DNA from: Eledone cirrhosa
Lineage: Eukaryota
Assembly (NCBI GenBank): GCA_964016885.1
Contig: OZ024744.1
Coordinates: 34,100,001 to 34,164,000, forward strand
DNA: 64,000 bases
Direction of reading: 5' to 3'
Shown here piece after piece: positions 60,901 through 64,000 of this stretch. Under the pieces are notes generated by a model, which made no database searches, was not told where the DNA came from, and saw only the letters and a program-made list of their open reading frames with translations. A program made the translations under genes and the position numbers. Numbering within the stretch: the first letter of the stretch is position 1; every line of letters begins with the position of its first letter.

Positions 60901-63900
60901 GTGTCGACATATTGTAGTGTGGTGTGATATATTGTAGTGTAGTGTGATATATTGTAGTGTGGTGTGGTATATTGTAGTGTGATGTGATATAGTGTAGTGT
61001 GTTGTGGTATATTGTAGTGTGGTGTGGTATATTGTAGCATGGTGTGATATATTGTAGTGTGATGTGATATATTGTAGTGTGGTGTGATATATTGTAGTGT
61101 GGTGTGGTATAGTGTTGTGTGATGTGATATATTGTATTGTAGTGTGATGTGATATATTGTATTGTAGTGTGGTGTGGTATATTGTAGTGTAGTGTGATAT
61201 ATTGTAGTGTGATATGGTATAATATAGTGTGGTGTGATATATTGTAGTGCAGTGTGGTATAATGTAGTGTGGTGTGGTATATTCTAGTGTGATGTGGTAT
61301 ATTCTAGTGTGGTGTGGTATATTCTAGTGTGATATGATATAGTGTAGTATGATGTGATATATTGTAGTGTGATGTGATATAGTGTAGTGTGATGTGATAT
61401 ATTGTAGTGTGGTGTGGTATATTGTAGTATGGTGTGATATATTGTAGTGTGATGTGATATATTGTAGTGTGGTGTGGTATACTGTAGTGTGATGTGATAC
61501 ATTGTAGTGTGGTGTGGTATATTGTAGTGTGGAGTGGTATATTGTACTGTAGAGTGATATATTGTAGTGTTGAGTGGTATATTGTAGTCTAGTGTGATAT
61601 ATTGTAGTGTGGAGTGGTATATTGTAGTGTAGTGTGATATATTGTAGTGTGGTGTGTTATATTGTAGTATGGTGTGATATAGTGTAGTGTAGTGTAGTGT
61701 TGTGTGGTATACTGTAGTGTGATGTGATATATTGTAGTGTGGTGTGGTATATTGTAGTATGGTGTGATATAGTGTAATGTGGTGTGGTATATTGTAGTGT
61801 GGTGTGATATATTGTAATGTGGTGTGTTATATTGTAGTATGGTGTGATATACTGTAGTGTGGTGTGATATATTGTAGTGTAGTGTGATATATTGTAGTGT
61901 GGTGTGGTATACTGTAGTATGGTGTGATATAGTGTAGTGTAGTGTGGTATATTGTAGTGTGGTGTATACTGTAGTATAGTGTGATATATTAAAGTGTGGT
62001 GTGGTATACTGTAGTATGATGTGATATATTGTAGTGTGATGCGATATAGTGTAGTGTGATGTGATATATTGTAGTGTGGTGTGATATAGTGTAGTGTAGT
62101 GTGCTATAGTGTAGCGTGGTGTGGTATACTGTAGTGTGGTGTGGTATAGTGTAGAGTGGAGTCGTATATTGTAGTGTCGTGTGGTATATTGTAGTGTGGT
62201 GTGGTATATTGTAGTGTGGTGTGGTGTAGTGTGGAGTGGTATATTGTAGTCTGGTGTGGTATATTGTAGTCTGGTGTGGTATATTGTAGAGTGGTATGGT
62301 ATAGTGTAGTGGGGTGTGGTATATAGCAGTGTAGTTTGATATATTGTCGTTTGGAGTGGTATATTGTAGTGTGGTGTGGTATATTTAGTGTAGTGTGATA
62401 TAGAGTAGTGTGGTGTGGTATATTTTAGTGTGGTGTGGTATATTGTAGTGTGGTGTGGTGTGGTATATTGCAGTATGATGTGGTATATTGCAATGCGATG
62501 TGATATATTGTAGTGTAGTGGGATATATTGTAGTGCGGTGTGGTGTGGTATATTGTAGTGTGAAGTGGTATAGTGTAGTGTGGTGTGGTATATTCTAGTG
62601 TGGAGGGATATAGTGTAGTATAGTGTGGTATAGTGTAGTATGGTGTGGTATATTGTAGTGTGGTGTCGTATATTGTAGTGTGGAGTGGTATAGTGTAGTG
62701 TGGTGTGGTATATTGTTGCGTGAAGTGGTATATTGTAGTGTGGTGTAGTATATTGTAGTTTAGTGTGATATATTGCAGTATGGATTAGAATATTGTAGTG
62801 TGGTGTGGTATATTTTAATGTGATGTGGTATATTGTAGTGTAGTGTGGTATATTGTAGTGTGGTGTGGTATATTGTAGTGTGGAGTGATATTTTATAGTG
62901 TGGTGTTGTATATTGTAGTGTGGTGTGGTATATTGTAGTGTGGTGTGGTATATAGTAGTGTGGTGTGGGATACTGTAGTTTGGTGTGGTATATCGTAGTG
63001 TGGTGTGGTATATTGTATTGCGGTGTGATATATTGGAGTGTGGTAGTATAGTGTAGTATGATGTGATATATTGTAGTCTGGAGTGGTATGGTGCAGTGTA
63101 GTGTGATATATTGTAGTTTGGTATGATATATTGAAGTACAGTGCGATATATTGTAGTGTGGAGTGGTATATTGTAGTGTCGAGTGGTATAGTGTAGTGTG
63201 GAGTGCTATAGTGTGGTGTGGTTTGATATATTGTAGTGTGGTGTGGTATAGTGTAGTGTAATGTGATATAGTGTAGTGTAATGTGATATATTGTAGTATG
63301 ATGTGATATATTGTAGTGTGGTATGATATATTGTAATGTGGTGTGGTATAGTGTAGTGTGATGTATATTGTAGTGTGGTGTGGTATAGTGTAGTGTGGTG
63401 TGGTATAGTGTAGTGTGATGTATATTGTAGTGTGGAGTTGTATAGTGTATTGTGTAGTTGTATATTGTAGTGTGATCTAATATATTGTAATGTGGTTTGA
63501 TATACTGTAATGTAGTGTGATATATTGTAGTGTGGTGTGATATACTGTAGTGTGGTGTGGTATATTGTAGTATGGTGTGGTATATTGTAGTGTGATGTGA
63601 TATATTGTAACGTGGAGTTTGTATAGTGTAGATTAGTGTCGACATATTGTAGTGTGGTGTGATATATTGTAGTGTAGTGTGATATATTGTAGTGTGGAGT
63701 GGTATATTGTAGTATAGTGTGATATATTGTAGTGTGGTGTGGTATATTGTAGTGTGATGTGATATAGTGTAGTGTGTTGTGGTATATTGTAGTGTGGTGT
63801 GGTATATTGTAGCATGGTGTGATATATTGTAGTGTGATGTGATATATTGTAGTGTGGTGTGATATATTGTAGTGTGGTGTGGTATATTGTATTGTAGTGT

Positions 63901-64000
63901 GATGTGATATATTGTATTGTAGTGTGGTGTGGTATATTGTAGTGTAGTGTGATATATTGTAGTGTGATATGGTATAATATAGTGTGGTGTGATATATTGT

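Larger units (their letters stand above)
51105..64000. repeat. 20-bp satellite (TGGTGTGGTATATTGTAGTG)n built from 5-mers; hosts a SINE and a Gypsy insertion
   Basis: Directly visible. Homogeneous at 51180-52210, more degenerate after 58457. Confidence 0.97.

Noticed and set aside
51009-63815. His/Thr/Tyr-rich ORFs (YHTTLQYTTPHYNIPHHTT)
   Set aside because: The C-rich strand of the 20-bp satellite lacks stops in several frames; not genes.

Overview
Repeat-saturated eukaryotic (animal) genomic DNA. The tRNA-derived SINE family and the TA/TATG/CA microsatellite load suggest an Octopus-like cephalopod (inference). No intact host gene is evident, and most long ORFs in the track are simple-repeat artefacts or retroelement pieces. 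Contents: an internally deleted Helitron plus four small Helitron derivatives; R4/Dong-, HERO-, CRE- and RTE-type LINE relics; several Penelope-like (GIY-YIG) fragments with hammerhead-ribozyme motifs and long fold-back palindromes; a hAT (Buster/Charlie) remnant; three young L1/Tx1-clade LINE copies (two full-length head-to-tail, one 5'-truncated); a full-length degenerate Gypsy LTR element; and 20-, 27-, 37- and 70-bp satellites. Best leads: (i) a complete type I hammerhead with an elongated stem II, next to a 48-bp-arm hairpin (~12.0-12.2 kb); (ii) a Tx1-like family whose three copies all end at TATC, whose ORF1 is split at the same A_AAA_AAC -1 slippery site in both full copies, and whose ORF2 has no AUG start.
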